From Minisyncoccia bacterium (GTDB taxonomy: Bacteria; Patescibacteriota; Minisyncoccia; SW-4-49-11): a stretch of DNA of 50,891 nt. Each line of letters opens with the position of its first letter. Positions within the stretch are counted from its first letter, which is position 1. A program made the position numbers and the translations under genes. The stretch lies in contig JBIIRM010000006.1 in the NCBI GenBank assembly GCA_044341565.1, positions 1 to 50,891 of the forward strand. The letters are read 5' to 3'. This document shows, in pieces, positions 9,377-18,422 of the stretch. The notes under the pieces were generated by a model. That model searched no databases, had not been told where the DNA came from, and saw only the letters and a program-made list of their open reading frames with translations.

Positions 9377-11149
9377 TTATCTTGAAAATTGTTTTTCGAA
9401 CCAATCTTTATCTAATTGTACCATAGTTGGGCGCCCATGACAGCATGCAAATCCAAAATCTGTCTTAGCTGCATCCTGAATTAAGGCTTCTATTTCAGGT
9501 TTTGTCATACCATATCCAGCTTTAATGGCTGATTTACAGGCTATTGTCTTTAATAATTCCACTCTTAATTCTTTGATATCTATAGTATTCCCCCGCTCTT
9601 GAATAAGGGCAATAAGCCCGGCAATATGTTCTTCCGCTTTTTGGGTTTTGGCAAGGAATACTGGTATTGCTCGAATAATAATTTCAGCAGATCCAAAATC
9701 ATCCACCTCAAAACCTGGTAATTGAGATAATACTTCAATAGTAGTATCTTTTTCTGATTGAGGTAGATTATGTGCAATAGGGAATAATAATTGTTGCGAA
9801 GTTATTGGGGCATCTTGATTCATTAATTGCTCGAGAATAACTTTTTCATGTACTGCATGTTGATCCAGAATCATAATTCCTTGCTGATTGGGATATACAA
9901 TATAGGTGTCAAAAATATGAAGATATTGAGGTTTTAGGGTGTCGGCTTCTAATAATTCTCTAAAGTTTGGCTGTAGCTTTTCAAAAGAATATTGATTAGG
10001 TATGCTCTGCTGTTTATGGCTATACTGAGCAATATGGGTTTCTGATATATGAGAAGTCTCTGTTCTCTCTTTGAGGTGATAGCCTTCAAAACCTGTATTA
10101 GAAGAGGTTTTTGGAATATAGTTTGTATTGCTCGGAGTATTAAAGGCTGAGGATTGAGGTTTTAATACCACTTCAAATGCTGATGTTTGCAAAGTATCCC
10201 TTACAATATATTTTAGAGTTTGGAATATAGCCCTCTCATTAATAAATTTAACTTCGGTTTTACGAGGATGTACATTTACATCCACTTCATCTGAGGGAAT
10301 AGATAATGAGACAAAAGCAAAAGGATAATGCCCAACTTCTAACATAGTATCAAAACCTTGCTGTATGGCCTTGGTGAGTAATGGCTGTGTAATGGGTCTA
10401 TTATTCACAAAAATATGATATTGGGGGGATTTTTTGGAAATACGAGGATGTCCAATAAAACCGCTTGCCTGTATATTATGTTGTTGAGAATCAAGGGGAA
10501 GTAAATATTTTGATTCTTGTATTTTCAAGATTGCTATCACTCGAGATAAAGCATCACTTGAATTAACATTGATAATTTCTCTCTTTTGAGAAGTATATAT
10601 AAAAGCAACTTCAGGATGTACTAAGGCAATTTCTTCAATAATACGAGTAATATGAGCAAGTTCTGTATTATGTGTTTTGAGAAATTTTTTGCGAGCTGGA
10701 ATAGAATAAAAAAGATTACGAACTATTATAGTTGTACCCGTATTATGTTTGGCAATTGGTTTAATTTCTCCGGTATGAGGATTATATTGATATCCCGTCT
10801 CTTCTGTAGCCGTACGAGCAATAAGTTCAACCTGTGCTACAGCCTGAATACTAGATAAAGCTTCCCCCCGAAATCCCATAGTAGATAATTTTTGTAAATC
10901 TTCTATGGTTTGAATTTTGCTGGTAGCATGTCTTTGAAATACTTTATCAAAATCAGCCTTTTCAATACCTATACCATTATCTTTAATACTAATTTCCGTC
11001 AGTCCGGCATCTAATATATCAATACTAATCTCAGTTGCTCCTGCATCTAGGGAATTCTCAATTAATTCTTTTACAATAGAGGCTGGTCTCTCTACAACTT
11101 CTCCTGCTGCAATTTGATTAATTATGTGTTTGGGTAATAATTGTATCAT
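9377..11149 (-). CDS. mutL: DNA mismatch repair endonuclease MutL
   Basis: GHKL N-terminus (IAAGEVVERPASIVKELIENSLDAG). C-terminal endonuclease motifs DQHAVHEKVILE, ACKSAIKAG and CCHGRPT. Confidence 0.95.
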   Translation of the reverse strand: MIQLLPKHIINQIAAGEVVERPASIVKELIENSLDAGATEISIDILDAGLTEISIKDNGIGIEKADFDKVFQRHATSKIQTIEDLQKLSTMGFRGEALSSIQAVAQVELIARTATEETGYQYNPHTGEIKPIAKHNTGTTIIVRNLFYSIPARKKFLKTHNTELAHITRIIEEIALVHPEVAFIYTSQKREIINVNSSDALSRVIAILKIQESKYLLPLDSQQHNIQASGFIGHPRISKKSPQYHIFVNNRPITQPLLTKAIQQGFDTMLEVGHYPFAFVSLSIPSDEVDVNVHPRKTEVKFINERAIFQTLKYIVRDTLQTSAFEVVLKPQSSAFNTPSNTNYIPKTSSNTGFEGYHLKERTETSHISETHIAQYSHKQQSIPNQYSFEKLQPNFRELLEADTLKPQYLHIFDTYIVYPNQQGIMILDQHAVHEKVILEQLMNQDAPITSQQLLFPIAHNLPQSEKDTTIEVLSQLPGFEVDDFGSAEIIIRAIPVFLAKTQKAEEHIAGLIALIQERGNTIDIKELRVELLKTIACKSAIKAGYGMTKPEIEALIQDAAKTDFGFACCHGRPTMVQLDKDWFEKQFSR

Positions 11150-13695
11150 AATGAATTTTTCTCTTGTAATTGTGCCAAAATACTCAAAGCATCTAAAGGG
11201 GTTATGTCATTGAGATTATAGGAATGAATATCTTGTAATAATGATTTATATTTTTCTATATCTGGGTGTAGGGCTATTATTGGATTATTCGGGGTGCTCG
11301 GCAAAAAAGATATTTGGGATTTCTTTTGCTCATATTGAGCTAAAGCTTTCTTTGCTAATTCTAACACATCAGAGGGAAATCCTGCTAACTGGGCTATTGC
11401 AATTCCATAACTTTTATCAGCCCCACCCTTTTCAATACTATGGAGGAACACAATATCTCCATTTGATTCTTGAATTTTTACCTGATAATTAACCACGCCC
11501 TTAAATTCACTTTCCAGCCCCAATAATTCATGATAATGTGTCGCAAATAAAGTTCTGGCTCTAATAGTATTATGAATATATTCAATAAGCCCTCTTGCTA
11601 TACTCATTCCATCATAGGTAGAAGTACCTCTTCCCACTTCATCCAGAATAATCAAACTTGAGGCCGTTGCATTATGCAAAATATTTGCAACTTCCAACAT
11701 TTCTACCATAAAGGTACTTTGTCCCTCTCCCATATTATCCGAAGCTCCAACTCGCGTAAATATTCTATCCACAATACCAATATGAGCTTTATCGGCCGGA
11801 ACATAATAACCCATTTGAGCCAATAATACCATTAATGCAATTTGCCTAATATAGGTAGATTTACCACCCATATTAGGACCTGTGATTAACATCAGCGAAT
11901 GATTAGGTTCAGTCAATTCACAATTATTCGGAATATATTCTGATACAATTTGCTCTAATACCGGATGGCGGCCAGATTCTATTATAATATCTTTGTCATC
12001 ATGTATTTGGGGGCAAATATAATGCCACTGAGTAGCAAGTTCAGCGCCTGATTGAATACAGTCAATATAGGCAATAGTCTCTGACAATGTATATACTTCA
12101 TTTACATATTGCAAAATCAATTGTCGAAGCTCCTCAAATATTATTTGCTCTTGGGCCAAGAGATCAGCCTCTGAGGCTAATATTTTTTCTTCGAATTCTT
12201 TTAATTCAGGGGTAATATATCGCTCCGCATTAGCAAGAGTCTGTTTTTTAATATAATCATCAGGGAGACTAATTTGTTTATAGGCATTACTGATTTCAAT
12301 ATAATATCCAAATACTTTATTATATTTTACTTTAAGAGAATTAATTCCTGATCTTTGTTGCTCGCGAGCTTGAAAATCTAATAACCAGTCCTTGCCTCCC
12401 TGACTCAAGTCAAGAAGAGAGTCAATATCATCTCGGTAGCTTCTTGCGACAAAGCCTCCATCTCGAGCTAAAAGTGGTACCGTCTCCTGTAAAGCCTTGC
12501 TAAGTTCCTCTCTTAGAGGCTGTAATTCTCGTATGGCCTTACTCGCTAATTGAGTGTAATCCTCGATGTCTATACTCAATATCTCCTCAATATAATTAAG
12601 GCTTTGATTTAAGAGTAGCATATCTCTTGGACCCCCCACATTACTTGAAAGTCTCGCCAATAATCTCTCAGTATCTGCAATAGAAACCAATACTTCTCTT
12701 ACTTCTTGTCTTTTGGTATTGTTCTCAACATAACCCGAGATATGGCTTTGCCTTAATTCAATATACTGTATATCAAGAAGAGGATTGAGTATCCATTGAC
12801 GCAACAATCGTATACCGAGTGCAGTCTTGGTATAATTAATAGCCTGATAAAAACTTTTGGCCTTATTACTTGCCCGATTTATTTGGAATAATTCTAAATT
12901 TTGTATTGTCTGAGCATCTAATTGCATATATTGAGATTGTCTCATTTCTTGTAATCGAGTAATATGCCGTAAATCCTCTTGTTGTGTATAGACAAGATAA
13001 GATAGTAGAGCTCCTGCGGGTATAAGACTATTATCCTCAGCATCAAATCCAAAACCAGACATATTACTAATAGCAAAATGCTTAGTCAATACTTCCTCGG
13101 CTCTTGCTAATTGAAAATTCCAACGCGACTCTGATACTACTTTTATCCCTAAATCCTGTACCAAATTTATAATATCTGTATTATTTGGAATAATTACTTC
13201 TTTTACTTGCCGAGATTTTAATATATCTCTAATATCAGTTTCGTTAAATTGACCTGTTTCAAATAATCCCGTACCCAAATCAGCAAAGGCTACAAAAAAA
13301 CCCTTTTTATCCTTATAAATACTTGCAATATACCGTGACTCCGCGGATTCACCTTCTAGCAAAGCCGTACCTGGAGTAATAACTTTTACTACTTTACGGG
13401 GTACTAAACCCTTAATCTCTGAGGCATTGCCCTGTTGTTCACATATAGCTATTGAATATCCTGCACGAATCAGCTTTTTGATATATTGCGCTGAGGAGTG
13501 ATATGGCACTCCACACATAGGAATATTCCCATCTATAGTATTCTTACGCGAAGTTAATACCAAATCAAGGATAGGAGCTACTAATTTAGCATCTTCTCCA
13601 AACATTTCATAAAAATCCCCTAGACGAAAGAACAAAATATCATTAGGATATGCCTGTTTTAATTCATAGAATTGAGTCATCATCGGAGAAGGCAT
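11146..13695 (-). CDS. mutS: DNA mismatch repair protein MutS
   Basis: Contains FFRLGDFYEMF, Walker A GPNMGGKST and DEVGRGTSTYDG. Overlaps mutL by 4 nt. Confidence 0.96.
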   Translation of the reverse strand: MPSPMMTQFYELKQAYPNDILFFRLGDFYEMFGEDAKLVAPILDLVLTSRKNTIDGNIPMCGVPYHSSAQYIKKLIRAGYSIAICEQQGNASEIKGLVPRKVVKVITPGTALLEGESAESRYIASIYKDKKGFFVAFADLGTGLFETGQFNETDIRDILKSRQVKEVIIPNNTDIINLVQDLGIKVVSESRWNFQLARAEEVLTKHFAISNMSGFGFDAEDNSLIPAGALLSYLVYTQQEDLRHITRLQEMRQSQYMQLDAQTIQNLELFQINRASNKAKSFYQAINYTKTALGIRLLRQWILNPLLDIQYIELRQSHISGYVENNTKRQEVREVLVSIADTERLLARLSSNVGGPRDMLLLNQSLNYIEEILSIDIEDYTQLASKAIRELQPLREELSKALQETVPLLARDGGFVARSYRDDIDSLLDLSQGGKDWLLDFQAREQQRSGINSLKVKYNKVFGYYIEISNAYKQISLPDDYIKKQTLANAERYITPELKEFEEKILASEADLLAQEQIIFEELRQLILQYVNEVYTLSETIAYIDCIQSGAELATQWHYICPQIHDDKDIIIESGRHPVLEQIVSEYIPNNCELTEPNHSLMLITGPNMGGKSTYIRQIALMVLLAQMGYYVPADKAHIGIVDRIFTRVGASDNMGEGQSTFMVEMLEVANILHNATASSLIILDEVGRGTSTYDGMSIARGLIEYIHNTIRARTLFATHYHELLGLESEFKGVVNYQVKIQESNGDIVFLHSIEKGGADKSYGIAIAQLAGFPSDVLELAKKALAQYEQKKSQISFLPSTPNNPIIALHPDIEKYKSLLQDIHSYNLNDITPLDALSILAQLQEKNSL

Positions 13696-13756
13696 AACTT
13701 GCAGTCATTATCTTTATTATAAATCTATTATATCAAATAATCTCAAAGCCTCTAAA

Positions 13757-13783
13757 TAAAAAGCCCCATTCCTGGGGATTTTT
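13757..13783 (-). terminator. intrinsic terminator closing the tRNA-Leu(TAA) transcription unit
   Basis: The minus strand reads AAAAATCCCCA-GGAA-TGGGGCTTTTTATTT. Confidence 0.7.
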
Positions 13784-13817
13784 ATCAATTAGCACATGCT
13801 CAAGGACTATTACTATA

Positions 13818-13840
13818 ATTGGTACTAGGAGAGGGACTCG
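13818..13840 (-). repeat. exact 23-nt copy of the tRNA-Leu(TAA) 3' end (T-loop half, T-stem, acceptor, CCA and 2 nt)
   Basis: attggtactaggagagggactcg is identical to 13973-13995. A looser match extends to 13804 versus 13960 (GGACTATT...). Confidence 0.95.
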
Positions 13841-13972
13841 GTCACAAGTAATTTCCCTGACGGTAAATTCTCGCGACCCCGTCTCGCCGTGTTCGCCTTG
13901 CGCTTAGCGCAAACTCACACATGGCTCCGACCTTCGAGTCCTGCAGGAATAGTCCAAACGGACTATTCCACT
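13841..13972 (-). ncRNA. GC-rich structured segment between the two repeat copies (unclassified RNA or integration relic)
   Basis: Far more GC-rich than its surroundings. Minus-strand helices include GGAATAGTCC-GTTT-GGACTATTCC, TTGCGC-TAA-GCGCAA and CGAGAC-GGG-GTCGCG. A closing helix pairs GGACTC..GGTC with GACC-GAGTCC. There is no terminator between it and the tRNA. Confidence 0.4.
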
Positions 13973-13974
13973 AT

Positions 13975-14062
13975 TGGTACTAGGAGAGGGACTCGAACCC
14001 TCACAGTGTTTAATCACCGACGGATTTTAAGTCCGTTGCGTCTACCATTCCGCCACCCTAGC
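13975..14062 (-). tRNA. tRNA-Leu (anticodon TAA), CCA encoded
   Basis: Hand-folded: acceptor GCTAGGG/TCCTAGT (two G-U pairs), D-arm GCG-GAATGGTAGA-CGC, anticodon loop CTTAAAA, long variable arm, T-arm GAGGG-TTCGAGT-CCCTC. Confidence 0.88.
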
Positions 14063-14109
14063 AGTGTTCAATTATTGTACATTATTTCTGATTGCTTGGC
14101 AAGATAAGC

Positions 14110-15243
14110 CTATCTTATTGCATCGTAACGCTCTAATCTCCCAGATTGCTTTGTAAGAACGGTTTGCCATAATTGGAGATATCCAGATCGAAAACTACCC
14201 GCACAACTAAGAAGATAATATTCCCATATACGATAAAACTTTTCTCCATATTTCTCCTTTAGATCTGGCCAGGATTGTTTAAAATTATCATACCAAGCCA
14301 TAAGTGTTGGGTCATAATCAAGCCCGATATTATGTATGTCTTGTACTGTTAATATGTTTTCCCATGCACCTGACAATTGTTGTATTGAGGGTAATTGCCC
14401 CCCTGGAAATATATACTTATTCATCCAAGCTTCAGGTATTGTGGTGGAGACACTATCCCCAATTGTATGCAATAAAGCCAATCCATCATCTTTTAAATTA
14501 CGATTTACACATTGCATATATTCTCTATAATTCTTATATCCTACATGCTCTATCATTCCAACAGATACGATACGGTCAAATGGCTCAGTTGCAAAGTCTC
14601 GATAATCACTAAATACAATCTCCACTGGCAACTCTTCAAGTATTTTCTCAGCAAATATCTTTTGCTCTTTAGAAATAGTAATTCCAACTCCTACAACCCC
14701 ATAATGTTCGCTTGCAAATTTTAGAAAACCACCCCAACCACAGCCAATATCTAATATTCGCATTCCTTTTTCTAATTTCAATTTACGACAAATTAAATCC
14801 AATTTATCCTCTTGAGCCTGATTGAGAGTTTTAGTATTTTTCCAATACCCACAAGTATATTGCATATAAGGGTCTAAGATAGCCTGATATAAGTCATTTC
14901 CTATATCATAATGCTCTTCTGCAACTTGTTTACTCTTAGTTTTATCTTGTAAATTTAATACCTTACTTTTTAATACATACAAACGATTTTTCCAATTTGC
15001 ATCAAGCACCTGAGACAAAGCCTCCAATACGCGGTATTTTCTAACACGAAACAGAAGCTCATCTAAAGCAATAGTGTCCCACCACTCATCCACATACCCT
15101 TCTCCCACCCCCAAAGAACCATCTCTCAGTATTCGATTCCAGATATCTGGATTTTTAACTTGAAAATCCCAAGACCTATCTCCATTAATTTGTATATCGC
15201 CTAAAGCTAATGCTTTTTTAAAAATATTCTCAACCCGATTCAT
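14110..15243 (-). CDS. cfa: cyclopropane-fatty-acyl-phospholipid synthase family SAM-dependent methyltransferase
   Basis: SAM motif ILDIGCGWGGF, with length and C-terminal pattern typical of the CFA synthase family. Confidence 0.85.
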   Translation of the reverse strand: MNRVENIFKKALALGDIQINGDRSWDFQVKNPDIWNRILRDGSLGVGEGYVDEWWDTIALDELLFRVRKYRVLEALSQVLDANWKNRLYVLKSKVLNLQDKTKSKQVAEEHYDIGNDLYQAILDPYMQYTCGYWKNTKTLNQAQEDKLDLICRKLKLEKGMRILDIGCGWGGFLKFASEHYGVVGVGITISKEQKIFAEKILEELPVEIVFSDYRDFATEPFDRIVSVGMIEHVGYKNYREYMQCVNRNLKDDGLALLHTIGDSVSTTIPEAWMNKYIFPGGQLPSIQQLSGAWENILTVQDIHNIGLDYDPTLMAWYDNFKQSWPDLKEKYGEKFYRIWEYYLLSCAGSFRSGYLQLWQTVLTKQSGRLERYDAIR

Positions 15244-15339
15244 AATGAAATATATTAATTCATATGAGAGTAGGGCATAACCCTAAAGGACTCTTATCAT
15301 CATATTACTCCTATCATTTTTATTTTGCAATACATAGAA

Positions 15340-15355
15340 TGTTCCACATGAAACA
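15340..15355. promoter_or_regulatory. parS-like site with one mismatch
   Basis: TGTTCCACATGAAACA versus the canonical TGTTNCACGTGAAACA, with central G changed to A. Lies 2 nt past the yraN stop. Confidence 0.6.
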
Positions 15356-15357
15356 TT

Positions 15358-15744
15358 CTAGTCAAGACCTTCAAGTATATTGGGATAAAAGCGAATATAG
15401 CTTTTACGATGACAATTATCCACAATACAGCCAATTGCATCGATAGTGATATCCATATTCTCTAATTTCTTCTTCTGCACATAGATTTGAGCCCCCTTTT
15501 TGAGATGTTTAATCTTGCGTGGAGTAATATTATATATCGGAAATTCGAGGTTTTCCACAACTTTTCCACACTTATACACAGTTTTAACTTCTATAATATG
15601 TAAAACCTTATTTTTACTCGCAATAATATCAAGTTCAGATAATTTACCAAGTCGCACATTCTGATCGATAATTTCAAATCCTTTGGATAATAAAAATTTT
15701 ATTGCCAATCTCTCCCCAAGGCTACCTTTATTTTTTGTATCCAT
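15358..15744 (-). CDS. yraN: YraN family (UPF0102) endonuclease-like protein
   Basis: Contains GERLAIKFLLSKGFEIIDQNVR...SELDIIASKNKVLHIIEVKT. The first ATG is at 15744; the ORF-track start is GTG at 15750. Confidence 0.85.
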   Translation of the reverse strand: MDTKNKGSLGERLAIKFLLSKGFEIIDQNVRLGKLSELDIIASKNKVLHIIEVKTVYKCGKVVENLEFPIYNITPRKIKHLKKGAQIYVQKKKLENMDITIDAIGCIVDNCHRKSYIRFYPNILEGLD

Positions 15745-16987
15745 AAACACTAGTATAATACTCTAATATCATAATGACAATAAGCAGCCCCAACCCCATA
15801 AGTCCAATTTCACTCCAAAGCAAAAGCACAATATTATGTACAGGCTCATATTGCCATAACTCTCTTCCCCCACTTGGGAGATTAGCAACATATTGCCCCA
15901 AACCAACACCCCAAAACCAATTATTCATAATCATTTGCCAAGCATCTACTATATAATTAATCCTTTTAGATATTGTTGCGATAATTTGGGGATAAGGGAT
16001 AATGAGAGTAATTAATAGTATTCCCAAAGCACCCACTCTCAATACTATTCTTCCTATACTTCGGATATTATTTTGAAATTGTTCCACGTGGAACAATTGA
16101 GAATTTCTTACTACTGTCAAATATATAATATCTAGTATAAGAGCAAGTATAAAAGCAGTTTTAGAGAATGTTAATAGAATAAGTATATGCAGAAACCAAA
16201 CACTTACTCGAATAAACCATTGGGGAAATTGTATACTTTTCCCATATCCAAGATATAATCCCGTAAGTATAGTAATAGTAAATGCCTGCATAGATGTGAG
16301 TAGATAATGATCCACAAATCCAATAACTAGAAGAATACAAGCATATAATAGTAATGATTGTTTTCGAGTAAATATAGGAGCATATATGATAAGCAGGGCC
16401 ACAAGACCGGCAAAAGCCAAGATATTAGGGTGAGGGAAAGTTCCATATGCCCGAATAAATACATCTCCATTGATGATAGTTTTGGATATTCCTGCTAAAA
16501 GTAGGGATAGGGCCGGCTCGACAACCAGTGGTAAATTAAGACTCTTTTGTAATATACTTTGAGTAATAGCAATTATTGTCTGCCCAAGCATTCCAATAAT
16601 AAAACCCTGAGCAATAAAGGCCAAGGATTTACCCCAATTTTGTAATTGAGATATATACCAGACAATACTTATACCCAAATAGAATCTAAGTCCATAAGTC
16701 CAGCTTATAAGCGGATATTCGGTAAATAATCCTCGCAAAATAAGAACAAAAAAGAGGATTACCCACAACTTATCCACAATATTATTATAACTAAATGGAA
16801 GTTTTTTGGTTATATATATCAAATACCCCCATATCAAAAAAAGTAGTATATCTAGACTATATAGATATATGCTAAAATAGGGAGAATTAACTCCCTGTAG
16901 TGGATAAGCTATAAGAGTTGTGCGTATTAAAAAGGGAACACTAATTCCTATTAATCCCAATACTATTGATATACTTTTATTCTTCAT
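15728..16987 (-). CDS. O-antigen ligase-like (Wzy_C) polytopic membrane protein
   Basis: About 10-12 TM helices and a WFWGVGLGQY motif near the C-terminus. Confidence 0.75.
   Translation of the reverse strand: MKNKSISIVLGLIGISVPFLIRTTLIAYPLQGVNSPYFSIYLYSLDILLFLIWGYLIYITKKLPFSYNNIVDKLWVILFFVLILRGLFTEYPLISWTYGLRFYLGISIVWYISQLQNWGKSLAFIAQGFIIGMLGQTIIAITQSILQKSLNLPLVVEPALSLLLAGISKTIINGDVFIRAYGTFPHPNILAFAGLVALLIIYAPIFTRKQSLLLYACILLVIGFVDHYLLTSMQAFTITILTGLYLGYGKSIQFPQWFIRVSVWFLHILILLTFSKTAFILALILDIIYLTVVRNSQLFHVEQFQNNIRSIGRIVLRVGALGILLITLIIPYPQIIATISKRINYIVDAWQMIMNNWFWGVGLGQYVANLPSGGRELWQYEPVHNIVLLLWSEIGLMGLGLLIVIMILEYYTSVYGYKK
16080..16095. promoter_or_regulatory. parS site (perfect palindrome)
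   Basis: TGTTCCACGTGGAACA, inside the Wzy_C-like CDS (it encodes FHVEQF). Confidence 0.8.
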
Positions 16988-16996
16988 TTCTTTTCT

Positions 16997-17124
16997 TTAT
17001 CCATATTCAGAGTTTCAGTATTCAAGAACAATATATTATGCTATTATAATCATATCATATACAAATATATGGATAACTTGTATAAAACATATACTTATAC
17101 CCAGGTTATCCACAATTATCCATA
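16997..17124. promoter_or_regulatory. cluster of DnaA-box-like 9-mers in a divergent intergenic region
   Basis: TTATCCATA at 16997-17005, TTATCCATA on the minus strand at 17068-17076, TTATACCCA at 17095-17103, perfect TTATCCACA at 17106-17114, and TTATCCATA at 17116-17124. Confidence 0.6.
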
Positions 17125-17134
17125 GCTGAGACGC

Positions 17135-18121
17135 ATGTCATTCAAAAATATTGTCGTTATTGGAGGGGGAACAGGAAGTTTTACCGTATTATCGGGACTT
17201 AAAGTTTTTAATAATCTTAATCTTCAAGCCATTGTTACTATGGCTGATAATGGTGGTTCTACAGGGAAGCTCAGAGACGAGTTAGGAGTTCTCCCTCCGG
17301 GAGATGCACGCCAATGTCTAGTTGCTTTAGCTGAATCTCCTGAAATTTTACGAGAATTATTCAATTATCGATTTAACTCGGGAGAATTATCTGGACATAA
17401 TTTTGGAAATTTATTTTTATCTGCTCTTGAAAAAGTAACAGGGAGTTTTGAAGAGGCTATTAAAACTGCAAGCAGTATATTGTCTATTCGTGGACAAGTA
17501 ATACCCGTAACCACAGAGAATGTTCATTTATCCCTAACTCTTGGGAATGGAGATATTTTATTAGGAGAAGATTGTGTTTCTTCATCTGAAATTCTTTCCC
17601 AGCATACCGTAAAACATATTGAATTAACTCCTGAAACAGAAATTAACCCTAAAGCCTATGATGCTATTATGAAGGCTGATAGCGTGATTATTGGGCCAGG
17701 CAATTTTTATTGTAGTTTAGCTCCTAATATGATTGTACCCGGTATGAAAGAAGCCTTGACCAAGACCTCGGCTCAAATTATCTATAATATAAATTTAATG
17801 TCAAAAGTTGGACATTCTAATAATTGGTCAGTAGAAGATCACATTAATGAATTACATCGATTTATTGGGGCAGAAGTTATAGATATTGCCCTATATAACA
17901 CGACTCAACCCAATAAAGAATTAGTAGAGAAATATAAAGAAGAAGGAGAGCCTGTTGTGAGAGACTCTAAATTAGCTAAGCTCGGTAAAACCACCCTTAT
18001 TGGAGAGGATCTCATTGCGGACACTATATTTATCAATCCCAATAAAAAAGACCCTGTAAGGCGCACTTTAATCCGTCATGATCCTTTAAAGTTAGCTGAG
18101 GCTTTGTATCGGATCATTTAA
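17135..18121 (+). CDS. yvcK: YvcK/CofD-like gluconeogenesis factor family protein (UPF0052)
   Basis: Contains GGGTGSFTVLSGLK, ADNGGSTGKLRDELGVLPPGDARQCLVAL. Confidence 0.9.
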   Translation: MSFKNIVVIGGGTGSFTVLSGLKVFNNLNLQAIVTMADNGGSTGKLRDELGVLPPGDARQCLVALAESPEILRELFNYRFNSGELSGHNFGNLFLSALEKVTGSFEEAIKTASSILSIRGQVIPVTTENVHLSLTLGNGDILLGEDCVSSSEILSQHTVKHIELTPETEINPKAYDAIMKADSVIIGPGNFYCSLAPNMIVPGMKEALTKTSAQIIYNINLMSKVGHSNNWSVEDHINELHRFIGAEVIDIALYNTTQPNKELVEKYKEEGEPVVRDSKLAKLGKTTLIGEDLIADTIFINPNKKDPVRRTLIRHDPLKLAEALYRII

Positions 18122-18175
18122 TATTGTATTTTTGAGATTTTTATGCTATTTTGAAAGAGTTATTTTTCAAGTTTC

Positions 18176-18361
18176 ATGAAAAAGCATACATTTCGTACAT
18201 TGAGAGGTTTCAAAACATCAGTTTTAGAGCCTCTGGCAGCTTTTAAAGCATTCTCAGGAGAAATATATCGTCCAATCATTGTTTTGGGCTATGAGCTTCT
18301 CAAAGCCCAACTTCTAAAGTGTATCCAAGCAAAGAAAAGATACCATCTTAAACGGAGATAA
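18176..18361 (+). CDS. hypothetical small basic protein (may be noncoding)
   Basis: 61-aa ATG ORF with no recognisable family. It contains a strong hairpin at 18204-18233 and is followed by a bidirectional terminator. Confidence 0.3.
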   Translation: MKKHTFRTLRGFKTSVLEPLAAFKAFSGEIYRPIIVLGYELLKAQLLKCIQAKKRYHLKRR

Positions 18362-18378
18362 TCCCTAGCCACCAAATC

Positions 18379-18409
18379 AAAAGGAGAGCTGATATCAGCC
18401 CTCCTTTTT
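18379..18409. terminator. bidirectional intrinsic terminator between convergent units
   Basis: AAAAGGAGAGCTG-ATAT-CAGCCCTCCTTTTT, 14 nt from the typA stop. Confidence 0.85.
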
Positions 18410-18422
18410 CATTTACTTTGAT

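Noticed and set aside
13841-13972. Possible tmRNA, SRP RNA, RNase P RNA, second tRNA or group II domain V in the tRNA-Leu-linked insert
   Set aside because: - It is too short for tmRNA or RNase P.
- It has no GGAA-tetraloop/AGCAGC SRP motif.
- No 5' acceptor partner exists for a tRNA fold.
- The AGCC...GGC stem has a 25-nt branched loop, unlike domain V.

The segment is left unclassified.
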